Notes: generated from the sequence alone by a model not told the origin. A DNA stretch of 63,964 nt, filler included, from Intoshia linei (GCA_001642005.1; 6 parts of 6 records of this genome joined end to end with filler, not necessarily neighbours in it); one strand, 5' to 3'. Positions 1 through 13,099 are shown, counted from the first letter of the whole stretch. Numbers and translations: made by a program.

Positions 1-667
1 ATATGAATACTAAAATGCTTTTTTGACCGTGAAGTCGTCACTTATTTGAATTGAAATTTTCTGTGTGTGTTAACAGGATACAACTGTAAAAACTGTAAAT
101 TTTATTAAAATTTAGGGCTGTTTTCATTAAAAAAAAAGGAGTAATTTGGGGTTTTGGCCCTGAAGATATATTTTTTTAAATTCTCCAATTCGTTTTATTT
201 TCAAAAAGAGAGAAAATTGGGGTTTTTGACCAGTAAGATGTGAGTTTGGGAGGTTAAAATTTATGTTATTATAAGCCCGGAAAAAACTGTAATTGAAATG
301 TTGTCTTTAAAAAATTCTAAGACGGGTGGTTATTTAAATAAAGTTGAACATACACACAGACACACAAACAAAAATCGCGTAGCATATTACACGGTCTAAC
401 AAAATTTCGACAAATAGACCGAAACTTCTGTTATAACTGTTATAAACTCCAGTATACATCTATTTTTAAAAAAAATGTATTAATTTCAAGATCGACTTTG
501 GATTTAATTAAAGGTCAAAGTTTTTTTTTTAAAGAGGTACATTCCACCGTGAGGTTTATTTACAATTATATTGTATATTACAACTAATAATATAACTCAT
601 AAATAATATAATTACAAATTATCACTTATAAATTATAAATAACTTATATAATTATATAAGTTAGGAT
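1..667 (-). mobile_element. Non-autonomous Helitron family copy (5' part), interrupted by a Chapaev-like segment from 390
   Basis: Matches the window-wide repeat (gaatactaaaatgcttttttgaccgtgaagtcg ... cacacacaaacaaaaatcgcgtagc). Family 5' end (reverse complement of ATCCTAACTTATATA) at 653-667. Confidence 0.75.
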
Positions 668-717
668 AAGTATATGTAATTATATAATATGATTATATAT
701 ATGAGAACCCTTTTAGA

Positions 718-3700
718 TCAGATGGAGCAAAAATTTATTGAATTTGAAAAGATTAGGAATGAATTGGAAAATTTTGACGAAATGGCAAATTATTACTTGG
801 ACTTACCTGCAAATTTGGAACAGTTGAGCAATTTAATTATTGTCAAACATACGTTTACTAAAGATTTTATTGATTTTTCAGAAATGGATGAAAATAATGT
901 TCAAACCTTTACCCCGAACGGTGAATACATTTGTGATGTTTTAGCAAATATTGTCTATTCACACAAGAAGAATGTGAGACAATGGAAAACATATCTTGAT
1001 CATTTGCATTTGTATTTACCCACAGAAGAAATTCCGGGTTTATTTTAATATTTTATAAAACTCATATAAAACATTTGAATTATACATTATCATGTAGAAG
1101 CCAATAAAGAATTTACACCAGAAACAAGCAAAAATAACACTGTGGAATTAGCAAATTATACGCTATACAACAAAATTTTAAATGTTTTACCAAACGAAAT
1201 TATTCATGACAATATTGCTCTTATTCTTTATGCTGCAGTTGAACAAGTACATTATATAATATATATATATAATATTAAATAGTAGTATTTAATATTAAAT
1301 AATTTATGTACAGTTTATGTAAAGTACAACTACCGTATTTGAGAATATTTAGACCAGATCCGAACCTACCCATCTTGAGACCATCCTAAAATCAAAAAAG
1401 TATCTAAAAAAGTCTTTGCAAACGATGCCCAACGTGATATAACTCTAGTTACCTCTCCAAGACTCTTGATTTGAAATTTGAAATGTAAGAATGACATTGC
1501 ACAAAATTGTTATGAATCATAAAATATGATATATAAGATTTCAAATTTTTTTTTAATGTTCAATTTGGAAAATTGAGGCCCCAAATAGGGATCTCAGAGT
1601 ATGGTATGGGTGACAGCCATCGCGGTAGTACCTTGTTACCACTAAAAACGATTTATAGCAATTCATACTCAATAAAACGGGTAGAAACCGAACATATTTT
1701 TATGAGTAATAATTTTTTGATTCTAATGAAATTAAAATTTGCTAATAAACAGCGTTAACTGAAATATAACTTATTTTAAGGTTGGAAAATTATAAAATTA
1801 TGAATTATACATTATTTCTTAATTTAATTAAATGGCACTAATTGATTATGTAAGATGTAAATTTGTTTAAATTTATAATAAAATTTTAAAAACCCCGTTA
1901 CAATCTCTTATACAAAAATTTCAGATAGTTATGAGTCAATTATTTCAATATCCGCTATTCTTTTCACTTTTTTATTGCGCATAATCGATGTATTTATAAA
2001 CGTTCTGAATTAGGTTGAAAGAAATGAATCTTTAGAGGAAAATGTGGTTGTAGAAGAAATTACAAAGAAAAGTCAAGTGTACCAAAAAAATAAAAACCAA
2101 CAATCTGGTAAACAAATAGAAAACACTAAAACTACAAAAAATAATAATCAAAGTATTCTAAAAATGCTTAAACCAGACCTCGATATGTCTATTGCTAAAT
2201 CAAATATAAATAAAATTCTTAGGGAGTGTATATTAAAATTATCAATACCGACCAATGATAAAAAGGTTTATAAATATGAATTTAAAAGTGTAAATCAGTG
2301 GCCACCAAACTTTTTGAAACGCGTCCGGATAAGATAGGGGGAAATCAGCGTGTCAGATGAAAATGGTAGGCACTGTAATAAAATTTTAATTTTTTGTTTC
2401 TTGTTTTCATTGTTTAATGTTGCGGTTGGCAAGTTTTTTTTAGAATATCCAGTTATAATAAAAATGCGTTAAGATTAATGATAGAAATGTAATTGTCATT
2501 TTTATTTCAAAATATTGGCATAATTCGGTTTAATTTTAACTGTACTCATGATACAATGTACAATGTACATAGTTTAGAATTCTTAATCCTGTTAGGCGGA
2601 TATAAACATTTTATAATTTTGATATTTCCGTGGGCACTAAATTTATATTATTATTATATATTGGGGTACCCACTAATTAAAAGATTGAAACGTATTTTTC
2701 AGTGTTATTATGTTTGGTGTTTATTAGAAAATTTCTGAAATATTATACCACAGTTTTTCTTATTCATTTTGTTTTTCATTTATAGTTTTTTTGCGTTAAT
2801 TATTAGGAATTCTACCATTATTAAATATAAAAATGAACGAGCTAGAACTTATTAAAACTATAAATATTTAAAGAACTATCAAAGACAGACGAGCCATAGA
2901 AAAAACCAAAAGTTGATATTAAAATTTTTGTATTAATTTCAATAATGTTCCTTTTAATACTAAGTACTAATAATATTAGTGGCGTAATCGAAAAATTTGA
3001 AAATTTTTTAATTTCGCAATTTGGAAATAAAGGTCTCATTTCATAAAGTATAATGATGTGTAATACACATGTGTATGTGTTTTTTTAAATAATAACGGCT
3101 CTAAAATTTAGTACTATTTTAATACCACTGGTTTACTTATGAAAGGCCATGTCCAATAGACATTGTCCATGAATATATTAAAAATAATACTAATGTTAAA
3201 TTGTTATCATATTATGGGTCACTTGTATAGTTGTAGAGTAACCCTTTCAATGTTTCTGATTTAAATTGTTTGTAAAGATAATTAAAAACTTGTACAAATA
3301 TGTTTCATAGGCTCTAATTGAAGAAATTGACGGATTTAATGCTGACTGGATTTTAAAATCAGAACACATTGACAGTAAATATGACAAAGTATCTACTGTA
3401 GAATGGAAAGATGACGTTTATCAAATAAATGCAAAATTGGAGTTAAATCACGATAAAATAAAAAATGTTCAAATAGAAAATGAAAAAGTTGTTGAGGGTA
3501 GAGAATACATGGATATTATTGATGATGAAAATAAATGGGAGTATATATGGAAATGTATAGACTCTAATCCATTATCTGCAATGAAACATGTATTTGAGCT
3601 CTACTACCGAGCAATAATGTCTAATGTAATTTCAGGGACTGTACAGGAACCCTATACATCGAAACAAGATTTGGTGGTTGCCTTAAACCAACTTTTGCAA

Positions 3701-4399
3701 GAATGTACCCATAATGACATTAAATTTGACACAGATTTTATTAAATGGATAAATACACAATTATCATTTGAAAATTTAAATAACACTCATATGAAAATTC
3801 AGCTCGATGAAATTTTGAATTTTAAATCAAACTCTGTTCAATCTGATCAGTACAAATCGACAAATTCTAGTAAATCCAATAATTCCAATGAAGGTCCAAA
3901 AGATGCCAAGAATTCTGACAATTCAAATTCATTTAATAAATCATACCTATCAAATAAACAAAATAAATCTGAAAATTCCAGCGCAACATCCAATATAATT
4001 TATGAACCTTTATATAATGAAAACATTGCTGACAAATATAAGGAGATTAATTTAAAACCAACATGTTATAATTCATATGAAACTAAAATGATATGGGATT
4101 ATCCGTATCCCTTTTATTATGGACAACTCGAAGCTTGTGGTTTAATTTCATTTTTTCATGTTTTTATTTGTTTAGAGAATTCCTTTGATCAAAATTTATT
4201 GATTACTACAAATGATTTGTTTGAAAAATTGAATTTATTATATCATAATTGCATTTACGAATTCATGTCTAAAGACGTTGTAAAACAAGTATAATTTTAA
4301 AATTAACTAAAATTTAAATTAAAGTAAATTAAAATAAAAAAATTTAAGATGCCTTGGTCCTTCTGTCATAAGTTTCAAATTTCAAAAAGTAGAGGATGA
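718..4399 (+). CDS. SPAG17: SPAG17/PF6-like axonemal central-pair protein, partial. Exons about 718-1037, 1098-1246, 2014-2265, 3311-4288, possible terminal exon 4349-4399
   Basis: Phase-consistent GT-AG splicing. Motifs DVLANIVYSHKKNVRQWKTYLDHLHLYLP, YNKILNVLPNE..IALILYAAVEQV and CIYEFMSKDVVKQ resemble remembered SPAG17 motifs (YDCLDWKRQHQHYL; YNxLLNSIPxE..PLILHCMLEQV; WCYxExFxPxVLxQ). Confidence 0.5.
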
Positions 4400-4533
4400 A
4401 TTAATAGTTGTATATACGTTGAATGTCTAGAAAACCACGGTTACAGCTGGTACGGTCTGTCTCAGGAATTTATTAACTGTTATCAATATAATATTAATTT
4501 ATAATAATTTTATGAAGGGATAATATCAAAAAA

Positions 4534-5395
4534 CTAGCTTGACTATTTTGTATTTTGTACAAACAACAGCTAGCATTACCCAGGGTGGACATTTTAAATT
4601 CATAATCGGTTTTTTTAATTGATTATAGAAAATTAGTTTATAACCTTAAAGATAAAGTAAAAATATTAAATATCTAAAATCTTACAAAATTGAAAAAAAC
4701 CCAAAAAATTGTATTTATAATTGTTTTCATTTTCATTTTCACTGTTAAATTAACAGTGTTTATTTAAAAATCTGAAAAAATTGATTGAAATATATTAAAA
4801 ATAATTTTTGACCAAGAATACGCCGACTTTTTTAAATTTGTGTTTAAATGTTTTTTCTAGGTCAACTGAAATTAACTATCTCAAAGTAATGTTTTGTTTA
4901 AATTCTAGGAATGTTAGTTATTGAAAATTTTTGTATGATAAAATAGTTAAAAAATAAAAAAATGAGTAGTTTGAAAAAAAATGCTTTTTACATCATGAAT
5001 GCGTCCCTTTGTGAGATTGATATTTTTTTAAATTCTAGGACTATTTTAATTTTTAAAAAACATTTTTATTATAGCAAAAACATGTTGGTTGATAATATAG
5101 TAAAAATTACTATTTCACCGGTAATGCGTAGATTTCTGAGGTTGAAAATTTGTATTTATATTAACTGGAATAAGCTCTATCAAAATAATTTTTTTTTTAA
5201 TTTTCGGACCGGTCATTATTGAACATTTTTTTTTAATAAAATATATAAATACTAAAATGCTTTTTTGATTGTGAAGTCGACATTTGTTCGGATTGAAATT
5301 TTTTCTGTGTGTTAACAGAATAAAATTGTACCACCTGTAAATTTTTTTTAAATTATATGGCTGTTTTATAAAAAAGCATTTTATATAAGTTAGGA
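4534..5395 (-). mobile_element. Helitron family copy, degenerate and internally deleted
   Basis: Starts ctagcttgactattttg (reverse complement of the 3' CTAG end) and ends tatataagttagga (reverse complement of the 5' TC end). Confidence 0.7.
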
Positions 5396-6315
5396 TAGAG
5401 TGTGCACTATTGATATTTTTTTTTGAATTTCAAAAAGTATATTTGAGTGCAGATACATAATGTTATTTAGAACACAATGACCAAAAAAAATTTGAAAACG
5501 GTCGTAATTTCCTAAGGAAAAAAAGTGTACTTTGAAGTTTACTTGTTTAAATAATTTTACAATTATTAATATTAGCTATAAACATGTCTAAACTCACTCT
5601 TCGAGTTCATGCATTCTGCCAAACTCGTATTGTAAAGTGAAAATTATAAACTATGACATGTAATTTTTTTTACTATTTAGTCTATTAAATCAAAATTTCA
5701 ATTTTTGCATGTTGAAATATATAAATAATTTATTTTCAAAAACTTTATCATTTAACGATATTATATTATGGATTATTCTGTACTCTAATATATGGTTTTT
5801 ATATTAACGCGGTAATATAAAGTAATTATTCTCGTACTGCAGTGCGTAGAAAGTAAATTAATGTTCTCTTATGAACCAATGAAAATGAAGAATTCTTCTC
5901 ACTAAACTGTAAAAATTATTTATTATTATTTATTTACATATTATTGTTAATAAAATCAATCTTCAGATTAATTAAGAGTGACATTTAATTTAATATACGC
6001 AAGGCTAAATTAAAAATTATTAAATTTTGATAAAAGTTTAAGTTCCAACTTTTCATCACTTTTTACAGTGGTTCGAAGCAATTCCATCAATGCAAGAGCT
6101 TGTTCAGATATTTCATTGGTGAATACCACTTTCATTGGTTTTCGATTTAAATTCCAATGGCGACAAAGACTTTTGCTGGCAGAATTATATTTGCCTTTCA
6201 AGTTTTTGCCCTTTATATTTATTAAAAAACCGCGAAAAGCAATGCACGTATGAAAAATAAACTATAGATCAGGGTCTTCACCCTTTATGACGGATGATAC
6301 ATTTCATAATATTCA

Positions 6316-7831
6316 CTAGGTTGACTGTTATGTACTACGTACAAACAGCACCTAGCTCTGCCGAGGCCACATTTTTATTTTCTTACAAAAAAAATAATAA
6401 TTAGTAATTCATTGTTGTAGTTTTAATTTAAATTTTAAACAAAATGTTTTGAAAATCAGAATTTGATATTGAAAAATTGCGATAGAATGAATTATATAGA
6501 TTTTCACCTATATTTCTTTATTGGAAATGTGTAGACGATCAATGCACATTTTTTTGATATTGCACGATCAATATTTACATTTTCAATTTTTATTTTAATC
6601 GAAATATTTGAAAAATATGGGTTGATAATATAATAAAAATTATTTTGCACCGGGAATGCGTAGATTTTTCAGGTTGAAATTTTGTATTAATATCAACTGG
6701 AATAAGCTCTATCAGAATAATCTTTTTTTTTACTTTTCGGACAATTAATTAGTTCATATTTGTTGTTTTAATAAAATGATTCGAAAAAAAATATATGAAT
6801 ACTAAAATGCTTTTTTGACCGTGAAGTCGTCACCTTAAAATGGGTACTTTCTAATTTGGCCGTGAAAGCGGTAATTCTCGAATTTTAAATTTATCTATGT
6901 TTCTGCATCGGAAAAAACTAACTTAGAATTTTTATTTTTAAAAAGTCTGCGAAGGTCATTTATATAAATAAATCGTTAGTTATGCACATAAAGATAGCCA
7001 GACAGGTAGACGGACACACATACAAACATTTTGAGCAAATTTTAATTTATATAAGTGAAGATTTCAACAAAAATTAATTTTCTACAATTATAGCTTTCTT
7101 GCTGTGTTATATAATTTTGAATATCCTACTATCCTATATGCGTAGATTTCTGGGGTTGAAAATATGTATTTATATCAACTGGAATAATCTTTTTTTTTTT
7201 TAATTTTCGGACCGTTAATTATTTCACATTTTTTGTTTTAATAAAATATTTCGAAAAAAAAATACATGAATACTAAAATGCTTTTTTAACCAAGAAGTCG
7301 TCACTTATTCGGATTAAAATTTTCTGTGTGTGTTAACAGGATACAACTGTACAACCTGTTTTTTTTTTTAAATTCTAGTGCTGTTTTCATTAAAAAAAGA
7401 AGGGTAATTTAGGGTTTTGGCCTTGAAGATATAATTTTTTTAAATTTAAATTTATGATAATGTTTATGATTTTAAAATCCGTATCAGCGTATATATTTTT
7501 TTAAATTCTCGAACTCGTTTGATTTTCAAAAAAAAGACAATTGGGATATATATTTTTTTAAATTCTCCAACTCGTTTGATTTTCAAAAAGAGGGACAATT
7601 TTTTAAATTCTCCTACTCGTTTGATTTTCAAAAAGAGGGACAACAGGGGTTTTTGACCCTTAAGATATGAAATTGGAAGGTTAAAATTTAGCTTATTATA
7701 CGTCTTGGAAAAAATTGTAATTGAAATGTTGTCTTTAAAAAATTCTAAGAGTGGTATTTATTTCTATAAAGTATAACACACACAGACAGACACACAAACA
7801 AAAATAGCGTAGCCTTTTATATAAGTTAGGA
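6316..7831 (-). mobile_element. Helitron family composite copy
   Basis: CTAG end with hairpin at 6316-6350, 5' end at 7818-7831, an extra internal 5'-like end near 7050-7062, and an internal triplication at about 7490-7650. Confidence 0.8.
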
Positions 7832-8183
7832 TTTTCAATATGGTCAATACAGCGTTATATAGTGTAACAATTAAACTATAACTGACATTTAATTTTTTTC
7901 TGACAATTAGTACATTCTTAGTAAATTTACTAAAAAGGTATTAAAAACTTACTAAATAAATTGTACTTTTGGAGAGTGGTTGCTCTAGTCGCAATCATTA
8001 GAGGTTAATAAACATTGGTAGAATTGCTTTTACCGTCATATAATTTCGCACCCCACTATTATGTATATTACCAAAGTGTCCACAATTATTAATCATTCAT
8101 ACAAAATACACTTTTCAGGTAAAATAACTTAAATAAATGTATGAAAATGGAATTTAAGTTAATTTATTGAATTATATTTATAG

Positions 8184-11100
8184 GTGCTGTCCGAAAATTG
8201 AACTTTCAACAAAGTCGATGTGTAATAAATAGAAGCCAATCAAACAACGACATAATCAGATTGGTGAAACAAAACATCTGTTCGATTGGCGGTGCCAGTG
8301 CAATGGAAATAAGAAAAGCAAGCACCACAACTACAACTCACGACACAAAAGATTACCAAAATGGTGATAAGGGTGTAGCATACGATACAATGTTTGTGGT
8401 TTCAGATGGTTACTTGAACCTAAGTTGTTTTATAAAATTATTCCACAAAATTTTATCAAGAAACAAAGAAGAAAGCCAAGAATTATATCAAGTAATATTA
8501 GGTATTATGATGCGAATATATGCAATAAACCGAATGAACCCATCCCATTTAAAATATTCTTCCTTTATGATAATCCAAGACGAAGAATTGTACAACATGA
8601 CAATGGAAATATTGATAGAAATGTATCGACGCTTAAACTGTAACAATCAATGTAGTTTAAACACGAGAGGATTTGATAATAATTTTACAAACATTGTTCG
8701 AACATATTTAGACAATTTCATGTTGGAAATGTTATCATTTGATGAATCATTATTTAAAAAGTATATATGTAATAATTTTTGCACAAACTCTGAATTAAAT
8801 AAAATGTTAACATTTCTCCATAATTTGATTGAATTTTGCAATTTGGATTTTGATATCTTGTTTAGACAAAAAAGTATAGAATCAAATTTGATTAATAAAA
8901 AAGTTAAAATTATAGATGCATTTGTGGCTCTTTGTTATAATTCTATATTGGACAAATCTGTAGGAATGTATATATCAAAAAAATTTACTGAAAAGACGAT
9001 ATCTATAGATGTCATATTGTACAACTTGTATGTATTCCGATATTATGAAGAGGTATTGAAAAAATCAACATTATTATGGTTGGGCGGTGTAGTGGATAAT
9101 GATACAAAACATTTCAAAAAGGTTTTTTTTGATGTTAAAGACAAAAAATCGTTTATAGACAGTAAAATACATTCACTAGACATTTTATCGACAAATATCA
9201 AAAAAACTGGGAATGCATTGATGTGTTGGAATAGATTAGCACATTTGATTTCAAATTCAAAAAAAATGTCCGAAAACGGCGAAAATATTGAATTATCAAA
9301 TTTATTTATAGATAAAGTTAAAACTAAAAAACCAAAATTAAGTGTCACTGACAAAAATGCAAATTTGAAAAATTTGAAAGAATTGAAGCTCAATTTTAAA
9401 TTTTATTTAATCAATCTAGCTAGATATAGATTTGCTTTCGTCTTGACCAGTATTGTACCTTGTAATTTTCCTACACCACATTTTTTACTGTCTTTATCAG
9501 AAATCAACGTACCAATGTTATCAAAATGTAATTTACTCATAGATTTAACTTTTTTTATAAGTAACCAAAATAGCACAAATTGGAGAGAGTCTGTTAAAAC
9601 AATTTTAAATGCATCAGTGTTAGAGTCAAATATAAAAAACACTATGAAATCAATCATTAATAAAATAAATTTAATTGATAATTATAGTCGTCTGGGCCTA
9701 TCACTTTCATCTCTAATTAACGATTTTGTCAATAAAGCAAAATTGATTCATTTTAAATGCCAAAACGATGAAATTTTTTACATTTACTGCATTATAATAT
9801 TAATATTGGAAATATCCAATGTTGTTAGATATAGAAAAATACAAAATTCGAGTTTAATAAAAAAGGAAACAATTAGAAAACGTTCATCAATAGCTATTAG
9901 CAGAAATACGAAATCTCGAAAATCTAGTCTTTTTGGTGAATCCCGAAATGATGAATTTGGTAAAATGAAAAAACCTCCGCGAGGATCTTTTAGAACTAAA
10001 GCTGTTGCATCAAATTTAGAAAAGGACAGCGTTAATATTACAAATTATACTTGCATTTCTAGTTACGTTATAGTTGAATATATTAAATTGATTGATTATA
10101 AATGTTTACATGTTGATGGATGCAGTCAAATGTGCTTAAAATATCATGATGATATTTCAAATCGTTTTTTGAAAAAGATTGAACCGTTTTATTCAAATTT
10201 TTTACATTTACAAAAATCTTTATGGCAAATTATGTATCCTAAACAATTTAGGGATTTTATGACTGTCAAGTATATCAATATTACCAAAATTTTACTCGAA
10301 TATGTCAATTTCGATTATATTAATTTCAATGTTCAACAAATTGATGTTGTTTTTCATTTTGCATGGTTTTGTGTTTTGCATGAAAATTCTGAAATTTCGG
10401 CTTTAGCAGGTTTTTTTACATTATTACATGTAATAACAGATTTACAAATAACAGAATCAGTAAATAGTGGCGGTTTCACTATAAACTTTATATTTATATT
10501 TTTTTATTTTTCATAGAAATTTAACTTTAGTGAAGCCTCATCTCATTGCTCAAAAAAAAATGTATTCTTCATAATTGTGATAACATGACATAATAAAAAA
10601 AAATAAAATTATTTTTTTTATAAACCTTTATTCATTAGTTCCCATATCCCATAGTATAAGATAAATTAGTATAGGGTTTGTATATAATACAAGTTTTTTC
10701 TATTTCAATTAATTTCTATAGTGATAGTTTAAAATTTTTAGTCTTCTTAGACACGTGATTCAAGTATTAGTTAAAAATATTAATACCCCATTTTGGCGAA
10801 AAGTGCAAGTTTTACAGTATATTATTAACATAAATATAAATATATGACGGGCAGGTATGAATTGGAAAATATCAACTTGTGGGGGTTTAATGTTTAATAG
10901 TTTCTAATTTTAATTTAGCAAGCACAGTTATTGTATTAATAGTTAAATATGATAATCTGTATCAGAAAATATTGAGTGATAATTGTACAATCAATAGAGT
11001 TGTAACAACTTTGAAAAAGTAATTTTATATCACACTAGCTTGACAGTAATGTCATTGGTATGAACAGTATGAACACCTCTTTTTTTATTGAAATTATAAT

Positions 11101-12377
11101 TATATATATTAATTAATAATTATGATATATTGTAATTATGATAATACTCACATTTAAAAAAAATATTCCGAATTTGTTTTATAACAATAATTATTTTTAA
11201 AAAAGGGTTATTGGAAGTTTTGACAATGAATGAATGAATTTCGGACAATGAACTTTACGATAAAACATCACTATCTAAAAACGGTATTAGAAATTGAGTT
11301 TTTTAAATTCTTGGATTCATTATATTTTAATTAAACTGTCCGAGACACAGACACTCTATATAAAAATTTTTTATATATTTTTTTATCCCTTAGTTATATA
11401 AAATTGACAGTCGTAAAATTTAAATAAATACAATTTTTCGCGAGGGATGGTGATATCTTTTTTTCAGTTTCCGAGTTTGAGTCATTCAGGGTCAAGATCC
11501 AAAAGCAAATTCCAAGAAAAAGGATTATCATCAAGCTATACATGTATTTAAATTCGTATAGAATGAAAATTATTTGGTCACATCGATTTCAACCTATTCC
11601 CAGAATGACGTTTACAATTGATTCTATTATGAAGGCAACATAACATTAATACATTTTTACAATTTTTTAGAACATTCAATATAGTCAAGATTATGTATTG
11701 GTTAGTCCTGAACTCGGCATATCAGCAAACACGCCATTTAACCCTTGCTGGATAAGTGATATTCAGATGGAACCAGAAAAATTAATTGCAAGTCAAAATG
11801 CTGTAATTTTTTATTTCCACACTACATTGGTGCCTGACTATCAGAAACTATTAACATAATAAAATAAAAACTAAACTTTACCAGGTAGTGACTTCTCAAT
11901 ATCGCGATTTTGGTATTTTGATATTTATGGCGGTATTGAGAGTATAACATTGAAGCCAATAGCTCATAGATATGGTTACTATGTATTAAAAAGCTGTCAC
12001 ATAGAAAAATAATAAGAAATATAGTGGCGGTATTGAAAGGTCGGACTGTATTTCGATTCAAGTGATGAAACTTTATTTTTGGTCTTGAAAAGTTACATTA
12101 TTTAATTGAGCGATTTCATTAAATTAGATTTCACTCAAGTTTGTGAATTTTTGGTTAAAATAGTTATTTTAGTGATATTCATTTCATATATTATAGCAAA
12201 CTTCATATTTTACCGCGACATCAACAAGACATGAACAACAAATGAAATTGATTAAAAAGGCACTGGCACTGGATGCAGACCAAAAAAGAATTGGTCGCGA
12301 AAAATTTTTACTGCTTAATGTCAATTTACTATTTTCTGCTGCCTATGAAAGTTTTCTTAAGGTTAATTCTGAAACTG
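8184..12377 (+). CDS. UNC80: UNC80 homolog (NALCN channel complex subunit), central part. Exons 8184-10472, 10919-11018, 11562-11634, 11671-11802, 12197-12377; upstream exon ends at 8118
   Basis: Collinear remembered UNC80 motifs: LNCNNQC..RG...FLHNLIEFC (cf. LGCAYGCGEGHRG...FLHALLGFC); RFAFVLTSIVPCNFP...NWRESVK (cf. RFxFLLNCCEPGTIP...NWPEWMK); CLHVDGCSQMC; IWSHRFQPIPRM; SPELG..PFNPCW; QKRIGREKF. Splice phases are consistent. Confidence 0.88.
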
Positions 12378-12990
12378 GTAAATTTTTTAAACTAATTATT
12401 TATGTTTAATTGTATATCAAAAATGCCCATTTTGTCAATCTAATCTAAGAATCAGTAGCTCCGCAATGCCGATGACGAACTTTTCAATACATTTATTTTT
12501 AAACAAATCAAACTATAATAAAAAGTAGTCAAAAATCACTATTATTAAAATTAAAATTTTAAATATGATTTACCTGTCCCAGTTTACCTGTATTTATTAT
12601 ATATTTTTTGTTTTGAATCAAGAATGAAATATAAAAAAATCAAAATTGAATAAATTTGAATTTAAATTAAATTTGAAAATAGATAGTTACATAACTATTT
12701 GAATTAATGTAAAGTGGCAGAAAAAACGTACTATCAATTTTAGTTTATTTGGAATATATATAACAAAAAATTTTGGTTCATCATCATCAATAAGTAGTTT
12801 CGGCTTTAAATTTAAAACCAAATAAAGAAAAATGTTATCTAAATACAAATTTTAATTTTACAGATTGAAATTTAGATTTTTTATAGAAAATTTTAACATT
12901 TTGATACCTACTGCTTTTTGATATTCTGCTTATAAAACCGAACAATCTTAGTTTAATTTTTAATTTTAGTGTATTAAAAAGAGAATGTTT

Positions 12991-13099
12991 ATCCTAACTT
13001 AAATAAAAGGCTACACGATTTTTGTTTGTCTGTGTGTCTGTTATGCTTTATTTAAATAACTACGCGTCTTAGAATTTTTTAAAGACCACATTTCAATTA
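12991..13099 (+). mobile_element. Helitron 5' end running into an assembly gap
   Basis: A|TCCTAACTTAAATAAAAGGCTACACGATTTTTGTTTGTCTGTGTG. Confidence 0.7.

Noticed and set aside
4962-5222. Short ORFs within repeats (also 14035, 30364, 35058, 37850, 46191, 60471, 60931)
   Set aside because: Chance frames in Helitron or MITE sequence, not conserved between copies.
6120-6122. Alternative genetic code (TGA as sense)
   Set aside because: The confidently identified exons, including the 2.3-kb UNC80 exon, contain no in-frame TGA and use TGG for Trp.
8425-9657. ORFs 8425-8643, 8647-8841, 9043-9393 and 9403-9657
   Set aside because: Alternative-frame or antisense shadows of the UNC80 exon.
10518-10590. 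Apparent UNC80 exon KFNFSEASSH...
   Set aside because: The path 10472 to 10919 to 11562 is phase-consistent and fits UNC80 homology better. It could at most be an alternative end.
11822-12061. 79-aa minus-strand ORF
   Set aside because: Lies in a UNC80 intron over a MITE-like sequence ending ...GGTCGGACTG|TA, with no protein motif.
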